DNA of 64,000 nt. Source: Callorhinchus milii. Lineage: Eukaryota. The notes beneath the pieces are model-generated. The model did no database searches. It saw nothing but the letters and a program-made list of their open reading frames with translations, and was not told the origin of the DNA. Numbering within the stretch: position 1 is the first letter of the stretch; the number at the start of each line of letters is the position of its first letter. Below, piece after piece: positions 51,721 to 63,763 of the stretch. Both the position numbers and the translations under genes were made by a program. The stretch lies in the NCBI RefSeq assembly GCF_018977255.1, contig NW_024704742.1:69318001-69382000 (forward strand). Reading direction: 5' to 3'.

Positions 51721-54700
51721 CTGGAACGAGATGATAAAATAACAACAACAACTTGGATTTATATAGCGCCCTCCACGCCGGACGGCGTCTCAGAGCGCTT
51801 CACAATAACATGTCCCGGCGCCGAGCCAGGGGAGGGGGAGGAAGGTGACCAAAATACTGTGAAGTAGTAACTGTGCACTGTGTAGGGGAACACAGCAGCC
51901 ATCTTTCATGCAGTAACGCCCCAGAAATAATCATAAAGTCTGTGGTTTCCTGTAGCTCAGTGGTTAGAGCACTTGTTTTGCAAGCGAGAGACCTGGGTTT
52001 GATTCCCGGCAGAGTGAAACCTTGGGGAAGTTTCCTTGCTCCATTACTTATTCTGCCTGATAATAATCCCTCAAGAAAAAAAAACAATAATAGAAGACGT
52101 GAAAAGCGCTATATCAAATTCAAGAATTATTATTATTATTATTATAAAGTCAATGATCGATTTTATCTGGGGCATTGTGGGCCATGACAGCAGGAGAGAG
52201 AAACTCTCTTCTCTTTTTCAATAATGCCATAGGATCTTTAACATCCACCGGTAGGTGGGACCTCAGTTTAGTGTCAGCCTGGCTCAGTGGTTACACTCTC
52301 ACCTCAATTTTCTTTCGTGGGAAGGGATTATTACTTTCGGAAAGCGATATGACTAACAACGGGGTCCCTAATTACTGTGAGGTAAACAGAGGCATGTAGG
52401 GTAAGGAAACTTGCCGAACTTTTCGCCCTACCCAGGAATCAAACACAGGTCCTCTCGGTTGCGAGGCGAGTGTGTTAACCACTACACTGTGGGATTTCAG
52501 AATTTATTTGAGATGTCCTTCTGATGTGATAAGGCGCTATACCAAACGCAAGGATTATTATTAACGTCTCATTAGAAAGACAGCGACGCTGACAGTGTAG
52601 TGCTGCCCTCAGCGCTGGACTGCAGCATCAGCTTAGACTGGCAGCTCAAATTCCCAAAAGGGCAACTTGAACCCACAACCTTCTGACTCAACAACAAATA
52701 ACACTGCATATCGGAAAGACATCCCAGGATGCTGGAAGGAAAGAGTGCTGCTGCCTTTCACATTGGCAGCATGTCCCAAAGCACTTGTGACTGGGCACCC
52801 AAGATAGGAGTAGGAGCCAAGCTCGGGTGGGTGGAGATGTCGGGGTGGGTGGAGATGTGGGGTGAGTGTGCGGGATGGGGAGGTGTATGAGTCCGAAAGC
52901 ACAGTTAAATAGGAAAGACGGCTTTGAAAAGTAAAGCTGATTTTAAAATATTTGGGACGCTGTGAAATGTCAAAAATATCAGAGGAAATCTAGACCCAGG
53001 AGGATTCCCCACCACCCCACCCGTACTCTCCCCCCTCCCCCACCCTATGGGCTATAAGACTGAGATGATGTGGAATTTCAGGCCGTGACTCAGCTCCCGA
53101 AGGGCCCCCCATTAGAGCCTTATCTTTCCAGTGTTTGAGGGCTGATGTATTCCACAGACTCGGCATTGCACACACTGACAATCAGCCACGAGGAGCTGAG
53201 CAAAGGCTCACCAGGAGTCCTGCTCCACAAGCCCATCCAAGTCCATCCAACTTTCCCCAGCCATTCCTCTCCTGACGTGAAAGGCGCTTTATAAATGGAA
53301 TCTTGTTGTTGTTGTTGTTGTTCTCAATAGCAACTTACGCTAATCAATTTGTCCCCTTTCAGCTCGGTGACAGTCCTTATGTGTTGCATTTTTCCAATCA
53401 GTTTAGTGGGTCCATCAGCGTGGATCGTTACCTTGGTGAGGAATACAGAGCTCAGTCATTCATGTGTTCATATGGCTTCAGCAGGAGGCCACTTTAATAC
53501 ATTGAGGCAGATCTATTTTGGTTGACTGCCTGACCAGTGGTAGAGTTCTCGCCTCTGGGTCAGGAAGTTGTCGGGACTTGGAATCACATAGTCTAAGTGG
53601 ACACTCCAAAGCAGCACTGTGGGTGTGTTGCATTGTCGGAAGTGCCATCCATCAAATGAGACATTAAACCGAGGTCCCATCTGACTGTTCAGGTAGACGT
53701 TAAATAATAATAATAATAATAATTCTTGCTTTTGATATTGTGCTTTTCACGTCTTCTAGATGTTTCAAAGTGCTTCACAGAATATGCTGTAAAGTGAATT
53801 GACCGAATATTTGTGGGCGAAACTCGGCAGCCAATTGTGCACAGCAGTGTCCCACAAACAGTCGTGGATTGAAAATGACCAATTTATTATTTTTTGTTTT
53901 GGAGGGATTATTATTAGGTGTGTGGAGTAAGGAAACTTGCCCAAGGTTTTGCACTGCCTGGAATTGAAACCAGGTGTCTCGCTTGCAAGGCGAGTGCTCT
54001 AACCATTGAGCTACAGGACTCCACGAGTTCCAATGCACTTTTCTCCCAGTGTCCTTGTCAACAAATCCCAAATAAAATTGGTCATTTACTTCATGGCTGT
54101 TTGTGGGACATTGTTGTGTACAAACTGGCTGCTGCGTTTTGCCCACAAAATATATAGTCAAAACCACTTTACACTGCGAAGCGCTTTGACACGTCTCAAT
54201 GATGTGCTAACGCACTGTATCAAAAGCAAGGATTATTACAAAGTACACAGACATTACACTTTACCTGTCCTGGACAATAATCCTGACCCATAAAATTCAT
54301 TGTTAACTTGTGGGACATTGCTGTGCGCACATTGACTGCAACTACACTTTCCAGTAACAGTACAGTTGAAGCGCTTTGAGAGGACTTGATGACTTGGAAT
54401 TGTTCAACATCAAATATAACGAATATTATTTATTATTTGTATTATTTATCCCCACTTCTCCATCCACCTTGGTACAGATCTGATTGAGGTCTATAAGTTC
54501 ACCTGGTCTCAGCCTTAACACAACTATGCAACGCTTCATCATTTTGTTTCGTTACAATAACATTTCTTAATGTTTCTCAGGTGTCAATCTGGCTCAGTCG
54601 ATTGCGCTCTCGCCCCTGATTCAGAAGGTTGTGGGCTCAAGTCCCAAACTAGCTCCATTTGGAACTCCTGTAGTTTAGGCTAACACTCCAATGCAGTGCT

Positions 54701-57700
54701 GGGGGAAAGCTGCATTAACAGAGGTGCCGTCATTCGGATGAGACAAGGTACCCTCTGCCTGTTCAGGCGGATGTTAAAGATCCCGTGGCACTACTGAAAA
54801 AGAGAAGAGAGTTTCTCACAATGTCCTGATCGACAATCCTCCAGTTAAATCAGTCAGTCGATTGTTTGTGGGAAATTGCTATGTGCAAAACTGGCTGCCA
54901 CTTTCGCCTGCAAAATACACAGTGACAGTAAAATCCTTTGAAGCACTTTGAGATGTCTTGATGACAGGATAAAGTGCTGAATCAAATGCAAGGATTATTA
55001 TTAACCAAAACGTGGTGACATGATGCTGACATGTAGATTTGGTTCTATGATTTTTAAGGTTTACTCTGAATAAGACCAGAGAGAAACCTTATAACAACAC
55101 AACAGGATTTATTTAGTGCCTTCATACAGAGTAGCTCGGAACGTTTAACAGTGGTGGAGCCTAACACCGAGGCAGGTGAGAGAGGAGGTGACTGTAGGTA
55201 TGGTTAAACAAGAGCCCAGCCTAACAAATAACATAGAGAGGGTTACAGAGAGCGAGAAGTGAGGGAGACGTGACAAAGACTTCAGGAAGGAAAGGGAGTT
55301 TGATTACAGAAAAAAGATAATAAAAACTATGCGTAGTCCTGTGATTTTTTTAAAAGATTGCGTGCAGAAGTGATTTCAGTAAACCCACACTAACTCAGTA
55401 GGCCCTTCACATTTTTCCTCGCCACTGGCTCCCTGTCATAGAACAAATCGATTTCCAGATCCTCTCACTCGTCTACAAATCCCTTCACATTCTGAGACCT
55501 CCCTACCTTTATGATTTGCTTTCTCTCCACTAGCTCTGGCCTCCTGCTCATCCTTCGTCCCCTCTGCTCCATCATCAGCAGCCGTGCTTTCAGCCACTAC
55601 ACACCAAAGCTTTGGAACTCTATCCCGCAATCCCTCCACCTTGCCCCCTCTTTCTCCTCTTTTAGATCATGACTGAAGACTTTCCTCTTTGACTGAGTTT
55701 AAGGTCACCACCTCCCTCCCCCCGGCTCAATGTCATGCTCCGCCATTGTTTAAGCGCTCTGAGACATTGCCCTGTGTGAAGAGCGCTGTGTAAATTCAAG
55801 TTGTTGTCATGCATTTAATTTTTAGCTGTTGGTACGGGAGGAGATTTTGAAATGCCATCTCCATACCTCGCCTCTCACTAGCCAAATGACTATCTTCTGT
55901 GCTGTGAATATCTATGGCTGTATGAAGCATGGCGTGCCCTGGCATCAAGTCTCAGATGAATGTTTGGAGTCACGTGATTGAGGTAAGTTACCTTGAACTT
56001 TTTTCCAGTGAAGGTATGAATCATTGCCTCTTTCCCCAGAGTAAACTCGTTGACGTGTTGCCTGTTGCTTAATGAGGTGATCATTTTGAAATGGTCGCCT
56101 TCTTGGATGATATCGGTCACCCAGCCAATGGCCTTGGTTTGCTCAATGTCTTCATTTGAGAGACCTAGAAATAGACAGATCATAATTTCAAATGGTCAAT
56201 TGTACCTATTTACCTAAGTCCATATTAACCTGTCTGCTTCCTCCCACCATCGGCGGTCAGGCGATGACACTAAACGAGGAGGGATAGTAAACACTGAGGA
56301 TGACATTAAAAAAAGGCAACAAGATATAGCTTGGCTGGGTGAGTGGGCATATAGGTGGCAGATGAAGTATAATGTAGGAAAGTGTGAGGTCATCCACCTC
56401 GGTGGGAAAAACAGTAGAGCAGATTATTTTTTAGAAGGGGAGAGAAGGGCAGGTACAGCAAGCAATCAGGAAAGCTCGCGGTATATTGGCAATTGTTACA
56501 AAAGGGTTAAAATATAAGAGTAGGGAAGTCTTGCTGCAACTAAACAAGTTGTGGAGTCCTGTAGCTCAGTGGTTAGAGCGCTCGCTTTGCAAGTGAGAGA
56601 CCTGAGTTCAATTCCAGGCAGAGGGCGAAACCTTGGGCAAGTTTCCTTACTCCACACAGAGCCTAATAATAATCCCTCCAAAAAACCAAAAACAATAATA
56701 AATTGGTCATTTTCAATCTACAACTGTTTGTGGGACATTGCTGTGCGCAATTGGCTGCCGAGTTCGCCCACAAATATACAGTCAATTCACTTTAAAGTGT
56801 GTTCTGTGAAGCGCTTTGGGACGTCCTCCCGATGTGAAAAGCGCTATATCAAATGCAAGGAATATTATTATTATTATTAAGGCCCTGGTGAGACTGCACC
56901 TAGAGTATTGTGTGCAGTTTTGGTCTCCTTATTTAAGAAAGGACGTACTTGCCTTGGAGGAGTTACAATGTAGATTCATTAGGTTGGTACCAGGGATGAG
57001 GGGGATGAGTTACGAGGACAGGTTGAGTAATTTAGGCCTATATTCTCTGGAATATAGAAGAATGAGAGGTGATCTTATAGAAACCTGTAAGATTATTAAG
57101 GGGCACGACAGAACAGATAGTGGGAGACTTTTTCCCCTGGTTGGAGAAACTATAACCTGGGTTCACAGTCTTAAAATTCAGGGTAAGCCCTTTCGACTGA
57201 GTTGAGGAAAAACTTCTTCACTCAGAGGGCAGTGAATTTATGGAATTCTCTACCCCAAAGGGCTGTAGATGCTCAGTCCTTGAACGTATTCAAGACTGAG
57301 GTTTATAGATTTCTTGTGGATTCAGGGATCAAGGGCTATGGGGATAAGGCGGGTGGGTGGAGTTAGAATAGATCAGCTATGATCTTATTGAAAGGCGGGG
57401 CAGGCTAGAGGGGCCGAATGACCTACTCCTGCTGCTAATTCTTATGTTCTTATGGTATACTGTAAAGTGAAGTGACTGTGTGTTTTTGTGGATGAATGTG
57501 GCAGACCATTTGCACTCAGCAACATCCCACAAAGAGCCATGAAGTGAGTAATCAATTATATTTGAGGGATTGTCGGTCAGGATCCCAGGAGAGAGAAACT
57601 CCTTTCTCTTTTCAGTCAGTGCCATGGGACCATTAACATCCACCTGAACAGGCAAAGGGGACCTTGATTTAACATCTCATTTGAAGGATGGAACCCCAGC

Positions 57701-59468
57701 ATTCCATTTGAGTTTCAGGCTAGGCTATATGGGTTTCAAGTCCTAATGTAGGACTTCAAGCCACAACCTTCTGACTGAAAGTAGATAGTGCTACCAATTG
57801 ATGCTTCAGAAGGGATTGATAGTGCTTTGCTGGAGCACCACAAAACTGCCAAACAGAGCAACAATTATCATTTAGTTTGGTGGTGGTGGGCGGGTGGGGG
57901 CACAGTTGCAAGATTTCTGATATGCTGGATTATCAGATGAAATGTTAAACAAAGGTCCATCTATTCCTGTTCAAATCCCCTCATGCTCTGGTACCTTCTT
58001 ACCTCTCCAACCTGTTTACTCCTGAACCCACTACCCGTTGCTTCCACTCGACTGGCTCTGGTCTCCTGCTTGACCATCGGTGGCAGTACTTTCAGCCACT
58101 TTTCCCCCTCCTTCCCCATCTTCAGGTCACACCAGAAGACTCTTAGACTCTTCAGCTGTGCCTAGGGTCACCTGCCCTAGTGCCTAGGGTCACCTGCCCC
58201 TGTGCCTAGGGTCACCTGCCCCTGAGCTCAGTGTCATGCTTTGCCACTGTCAAGCGCTCTGGGATGCTATATAAATGCAAATTGTTGTTGTTTAATGGTA
58301 AGGATCCCATGGTGCTATTCGTAAAGAGAAGGTGCAAACAATCCCCAGATAAAATTGATTACTCACTCCATGACTGTTTGCGAAGCCGGGAGGTAAAGAC
58401 TTGTGTTGTTTGGATGGGTTGGGTTGTTTTGCCCTTCTCTGGGCTGGATTTGGTTCTGTTTGGTTGGTTCCTGGTCTAGATTTCATAACACTGGGTTGGG
58501 TTACTGCCCCCCCAACCCCCCTCACCCACAAACACACCCCAACACACACACATACTATTTTTACTAATTTGCCCACTGTATAATTCATTGCACACGACGT
58601 ATCTGTTCTGCCATATCCAGTGCATATATCTACGTTAGTCTCACATTTTTAAATATAGCAGTTGCTCTGTGTATGTTCTTAAACTCAGATCAACAATGAT
58701 CCAGGATAGATTGAATGCCATCGCAATCCTATCTATTGCGCATGGTTTGACACATTCACTAAGTTTTGATCAAACCCTGGGTTTGCTGATTCCTAACGGG
58801 TAGTGTGGTCCCAGCTGGACAAGCAGCGGTAAAGCTTGCCAGACAGTTCTCTCAATGGCAAGCTGTGCAGCTTTAACTGGTTAAACTTCAGCAGGTACCC
58901 TATCACATGCTCTTGGGTCCTCAAGCCTTGGATCTTGTCAGAGGATGCCTGGTACTCTTCGGAATTAGATAAGCGGCATTCAGCTCTCCAAGGAAATAGT
59001 GTACATTCCATTCTAATACATGAGAATTTCCACGTGTAGAAGGGATGCATGGAATATTGCTATGTATTTTATAGTTGAGCATAAGTAGCCAATTTGCGCA
59101 CAACAATGTCCCACAAACAGCCGTGAAATGAAGTGTCACATCAAACGTTGCAGTGCTCCCCCCTCCCCCCAACACTGCAGCCACTACACCCTGAAACTCT
59201 GGAACACTCTCTCTCAATCCTTCCACCTTGTCCCCTCCTTCCCTATCTTCAAGTAGCGCCTGATGACCTTCCTCTTCGACCTAGGGTCAACCCCCCTTTC
59301 CCCCGGCTCGGTGTTGTGCTCCACCACTGTCAAGCGCTCTGGGACCCTGCATGAGGGGAGCTATATAAATGCAAGTTGTTGTCGTCAGCCCAGACACTCA
59401 CCAATAGCTCTCATAAATGGTTCAAAGTTCTCCTGACTCTCTAGTTTATACTGCCCAGTGAAGGCCAT
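51667..59468 (-). CDS. fabp1: FABP1-like fatty acid-binding protein, copy 4, 4 exons, 128 aa, intact
   Basis: Exons 59468-59402, 56164-55992, 53431-53339, 51720-51667. Protein MAFTGQYKLESQENFEPFMRAIGLSNEDIEQTKAIGWVTDIIQEGDHFKMITSLSNRQHVNEFTLGKEAMIHTFTGKKFKVTIHADGPTKLIGKMQHIRTVTELKGDKLISTMIDGDIVYKSVSKKVK. AATAAA at 51620-51625 (minus). Confidence 0.93.
53339..53431 (-). CDS. fabp1: copy 4 exon 3
   Basis: 93 nt, AG/GT flanks. Confidence 0.92.
55992..56164 (-). CDS. fabp1: copy 4 exon 2
   Basis: 173 nt, AG/GT flanks. Confidence 0.92.
56262..57454 (+). mobile_element. CR1 LINE, degenerate, intron 1 of copy 4, interrupted by a SINE
   Basis: Same element as the other units, with a left-side deletion and a SINE at 56553-56879. 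Confidence 0.9.
56553..56879 (+). mobile_element. tRNA-derived SINE inserted in CR1, copy 4 only
   Basis: Full head and (ATT)n tail. Confidence 0.85.
58158..58223. repeat. 22-bp tandem triplication, copy 4 only
   Basis: GTGCCTAGGGTCACCTGCCC.. x3; single copy in the other units. Confidence 0.85.
59402..59468 (-). CDS. fabp1: copy 4 exon 1
   Basis: 67 nt, GTGAGT donor. Confidence 0.92.
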
Positions 59469-59759
59469 GACTATGGTTCTCTTCTCTGTCTCTCTCTAAT
59501 GGAGCAGAAGGTCCTTTGTCAAATCGTTGCTTTCCTTTGAGGGATTGAGGCTGTACCTACATTGATAACCCAGTGGTTTGATTGTGACTCACGTTCGATT
59601 GTTATTTCATTGTCTTGTTTTATTACTGACATAGCAATGCTCTTGTAGCCCTCCTCCTCCCTCACCCACCATCCTCCTGCCTTCTGATATGCCTCCTGTC
59701 CTGAAGGCAAGTCTGCTAACCTCAGTTCTCTCTGTCTATGGCTGAGCTGCACATGCTGC

Positions 59760-60350
59760 AGATATACATACACATTATTCTCGCTGAGGCCCAACCAGTG
59801 TTTTATAAAGGTTCATCATAACTTCCTGACTTTTGTATTCTCTGCTCCTATTTATAAAGCCAAGTATCCCATGTGCTTTTTTAACAGCTTTATCTACTTG
59901 TCCTGCACCTTTAAAGATTTACTGATATGAACCCCCCGGTCTCTCTGTTCCTTCTCCGCCTTTAAGATTGTACCATCAACTTATATTGCCTCTCCTCATT
60001 CTTCCTCCCAAAATGCATCACTTTGCATTTCTCAGCATTAAACTTCATTTGCCACGTGTTTGTCCATTTTACCAGTCTGTCTATGTCCTCTTGCAGTGTG
60101 CTACTATCCTCCTCACTGTTTACTACTTTTCCTAGCTCAATATCATCTGCTTACTTGGAAATTGTACTCCCTATGCCCAAGTCTAGGTCATTTACATAGA
60201 TGAAAAATGGCAGTGGTCCCAATACCGACCCCTGGGGGACAGCGCTGCACACTTCCCTCTAGTCTGAAAAATAATCGTTCACCACAACTCTTTGCTTTCT
60301 GCTAACCAGTTCCTTTTTAAATGTTCTATTGATTCAGCCGGGCATCTGTC
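59760..60350 (-). mobile_element. CR1 LINE RT fragment upstream of copy 4
   Basis: Minus strand reads PQGSVLGPLPFFIYVNDL and SKxADD-like RT motifs. Confidence 0.8.
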
Positions 60351-62529
60351 TAGATATTGTCCTTTGCAACCCTGAACTTGAGGTGACTTTCTTGCTTAAT
60401 ATTTTGTAGCCAATTTGCATACAGCAAAGTGCTACAAACAGCCGTGAAGTGAATGATTAATTTTTATTGGGGATTGTCTGCCAGGACACCAGTAGGGAGG
60501 GGGAGGGGATAGAAACTTCCTTTTCTCCTGCGGATCTAAACTGCTCAATCTCCCTGGGCTCTTCCTCAAACTCACTGAACCAGTGCGCAACCTCGGCATC
60601 CAGTTCGATCCCCAATTGTCCTTCCACACCCCCCATCACATCTGGTCCCTGACCAGGACATCCTCCTTCCACCTCCGCCATATTGCCCATCTCCGACTTT
60701 ACTTTACCCCAAATACTGCCGAAACCCTCGCACATGAGTTTGTCACCTCCCGGTTGGATTACTCCAACGGACCCCTCCCCGGTCTCCACAGCTCCACCGT
60801 TCACAAGATCGAGTTCATTCAAAACTCTGCTGCCTGCATAGTGACCCGGACCAAACTCTGTACCCACATCTCACCAGTTCTGGCTTGGCTCCACTGGCTC
60901 CCCATCACCGAATTGATAGACTTTAAAATCCTCACACTCAAATCCATTCACTCCCTGGCACCACTCTACCTCTCCGACTTCCTCACTTCCCAATCCACCA
61001 TCCGGCGCCTCTGCTCGATTGGCACCGGTTCCAGCTCATCCCTCACACCCTCCACCCACCATTGAAGGTTGTGCTTTCAACCACTATGCCCCAAACCTCT
61101 GAAACACTCTCCCTCAATCCCTCCACCTTGTACCCTCTCCCCCCCTTCTTCAAGTCCTGCCTGAAAACTTTCCTGTTCAACCGTGCTCATGGCCACCATC
61201 TCCCCCCAGCCCGGAGTCAGGCTCTGCCACCGTTAAGTGCTCTGAGATGCTATCCTGCGTGGAGGTCGCTATATAAGTGTAAGTTGTTCTTGTCGTTGCT
61301 GTTTTCTTTTCAAATTGTGTTGCGGGATCTTTAATGTCCATCTGAACAGGCACAGAGGGGACCTCAGCTTAATTTCTCATCCAAAATACGGCATCTTCAA
61401 CAGTGGAGCACTCCCCCCCAGCACTGCACTGAAATGAAGGTGTAGACAGTGAGTTCAGAGTCTCAATGTAAATCTTGGACCCCACGAACTTCTGACTCTC
61501 AAGCAAAAGTGCTACCGACTGAGCCAAGCTGCCAAATAATAATGATTCTTATATTGAAACACTTTATGGGAAATTGTTGTGAAGTGTAGTGACTGTTTCG
61601 ATGTCATGTATACGGATGACACACAAATCTACTTTGCCTCCTCCAGTACCAACTCCTAAGCCCCCGACGTTCTATTAGCGTGTCTGACAGACATCAGGAT
61701 CTGGATCAGTGTAAGCTTCCTGCAGCTGAATGTGGACAAGTCAGAAGCCATATTCCTTGGCTCCCGTCAATCAACTTCAAGATCCTCACACTTGTGTTCA
61801 TATCCCTTCACTCTCTGGCACCTCCCTACCTCTTCAACCTCCTCACTCCCCAATCCCCCAACCAGTGCCTCTGCTCGACGAGCACTGGCCTCCTGGTTGT
61901 CCATTGCACCTTCCACCCCCACCATCTGAAGTTCCGCTTTCAGCCACTACACCCTGAAACTCTGGACCCCTCTCACTCAATCCCTCCGTCTTGACCCCTC
62001 TCTCCCTTTTACTTCAAGTTTCCCCTGAAAACCTTCCTCTTCGACCATGCTTACGTGTATATTTTTTGTAGTGTGGTGAACACAGCTGCTCATAATATTC
62101 CACATATGGGACTGATCAGAGCCTTTCAAATCTTCATTTGACTTCTGTTTTCTTAGTATTGTTGAATTGTTTCACATCACCATGTGAACATTAAAGCTGA
62201 TAGCTGTTACCCCCAGATTCCCATTTTTCAGTTTCCCTGCTATTTCATATCTATCGTGTCCCATATTTAAAAAAAAATATTCATTTATACAGCGGATTTC
62301 ATGTTGGGAGGACATCACCTTATGCTTCACGTACCCAAGCTGGGGGTAGGGGAGGAACTGAGGAAAGAGGGGCAAGGTCAAAAGAAAGGTCTTAAGGTGG
62401 ACTTTAATGATCGGGAGAGCAGGTGCGAGGCCGAGGACTTTGAGATTGAGTACCAACAACAACTGCTTGGCATTTATTTAGTGCCCTTCACTCGGGGCAG
62501 CTTACCAATAGCTCAGTGGAGTCCTCAGT

Positions 62530-62845
62530 GGAGTCCTGTAGCTTAGTGGTTAGAGCACTCGCCTCGGAAGCATTAGATCTGGATTCGACTTCCGGCAGGG
62601 TGAAACCTTGGGGAGATTTCCTTACTCCACATGCCTGATAATAATCCCTCAAGAAAAGAAAACAATAATAAAAAAAATTGGTCCACGACTGTTTGTGGGA
62701 CACTGCTGTGCATAATTGGCTGCCCCATTTCGCCCACAAATATATAGTCAATTCACTTTACAGTATATTGTGTGAAGTACTTTGAGATGTCTAGAAGACG
62801 TGAAAAGTGCTATATCAAATGCAAGGATTATTATATATATTATTA
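62530..62845 (+). mobile_element. tRNA-derived SINE
   Basis: GGAGTCCTGTAGC head and shared 3' end. Confidence 0.8.
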
Positions 62846-63054
62846 TATCCCTTAATACCCTGACCTATCAAATATCTATCCACCACAGTCTTAAAAATGT
62901 GAATGGATCCAGCATCAACAGCCTTTTAAGGGAGAGAATTCCAGATTTCCACTACTCTTTGCATGAAGAAAATGCTTCCTGATTTCACTCCTAAATGGCC
63001 TAACTCTAATTTTAAGATGATACCCCACTGTTCTGGATTCTCCACCAGAAGTAA

Positions 63055-63366
63055 TCTATACTAATAAAGAAAAAATATTTGTCTGTGTGTCTGTCCGCCA
63101 ATAACGCAATAACAGATTGACTTAGAGACATGATTTATACCACACCGGAAAGGTCTTGCTTGGCGAAGTGTCAATGCCAGTTTTTTGGGGGTGGGGGTGG
63201 TATCTCCTATCATTGATGAGCTATGACCTAAACAAACTCATCACACATGTATGGCAGTTTTGCTTAAAATCTACACACAGTATTTATGACATGTTAAATG
63301 GTTTGTGAGTTAAATGATTAAATTGGATCCTTTGGTCGCAAGCATAGCTGTAACAGGTACAGCTAG
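63055..63366 (+). mobile_element. Non-autonomous Helitron-like element
   Basis: Starts TC(TATACTAATAAAG), ends CTAG with terminal hairpin TAGCTGTA..TACAGCTA, sits between A and T with no TSD, splits a CR1 fragment. Confidence 0.7.
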
Positions 63367-63459
63367 TAGATAATAACTAAAATCAGGAAATATCGATATC
63401 CACCTTATCAAATCCTTTCATAACCTTAACCACCTCTATTGCATCACCCCTCAATCATC

Positions 63460-63640
63460 AGTTGAGTCACTTAGTCACGTGTACATAAGAACATAAGAAT
63501 TAGGAGCAGGAGTAGGCCATTCGGCCCCTCGAGCCTGCCCCGCCATTCGATAAGAAAAGAGTTAATAATTCAACAAAGTCATAAAACCACGCCAAGCACT
63601 GTATCTTTTCAAGATATGGGAATCTCTATAAAGGAAAAGT
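63460..63640 (+). promoter_or_regulatory. Proximal promoter of the plus-strand FABP gene
   Basis: TATAAA 63627-63632; HNF1-like GTTAATAATTCAAC 63561-63574; HNF4-like CAAAGTCA 63574-63581; CDX-like GTCATAAAA 63578-63586; GATAAG 63549-63554; AP-1 TGAGTCA 63463-63469. Motif matches only. Confidence 0.6.
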
Positions 63641-63696
63641 ACAGTTTGGTTTGCTACCTCTCGTTGCTCCATTGCACGGACCAAACATTCATAGTA

Positions 63697-63763
63697 ATGG
63701 CATTCAATGGGAAATATGAACTGGAAAACCAGGACAACTTTGGACCATTTATGAAAGCTCTTG
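63697..63763 (+). CDS. fabp1: Diverged FABP1-like paralog, coding exon 1 (gene continues beyond the window)
   Basis: ATG 63697 encodes MAFNGKYELENQDNFGPFMKAL-G; 67 nt then GTAAGC donor; TATA box upstream. Subfamily call rests on one exon. Confidence 0.85.

Larger units (their letters stand above)
1..59755. repeat. Tandem segmental duplication array; ATG-to-ATG periods 21132, 18624 and 17164 bp
   Basis: Position 1 matches 21079; the same order of CR1, SINE, hAT relic, exon 1, L2 blocks and exons recurs in each unit. Confidence 0.95.

Noticed and set aside
58158..58223. CRISPR-like short repeats
   Set aside because: Contiguous tandem repeats without spacers, in a eukaryotic intron.
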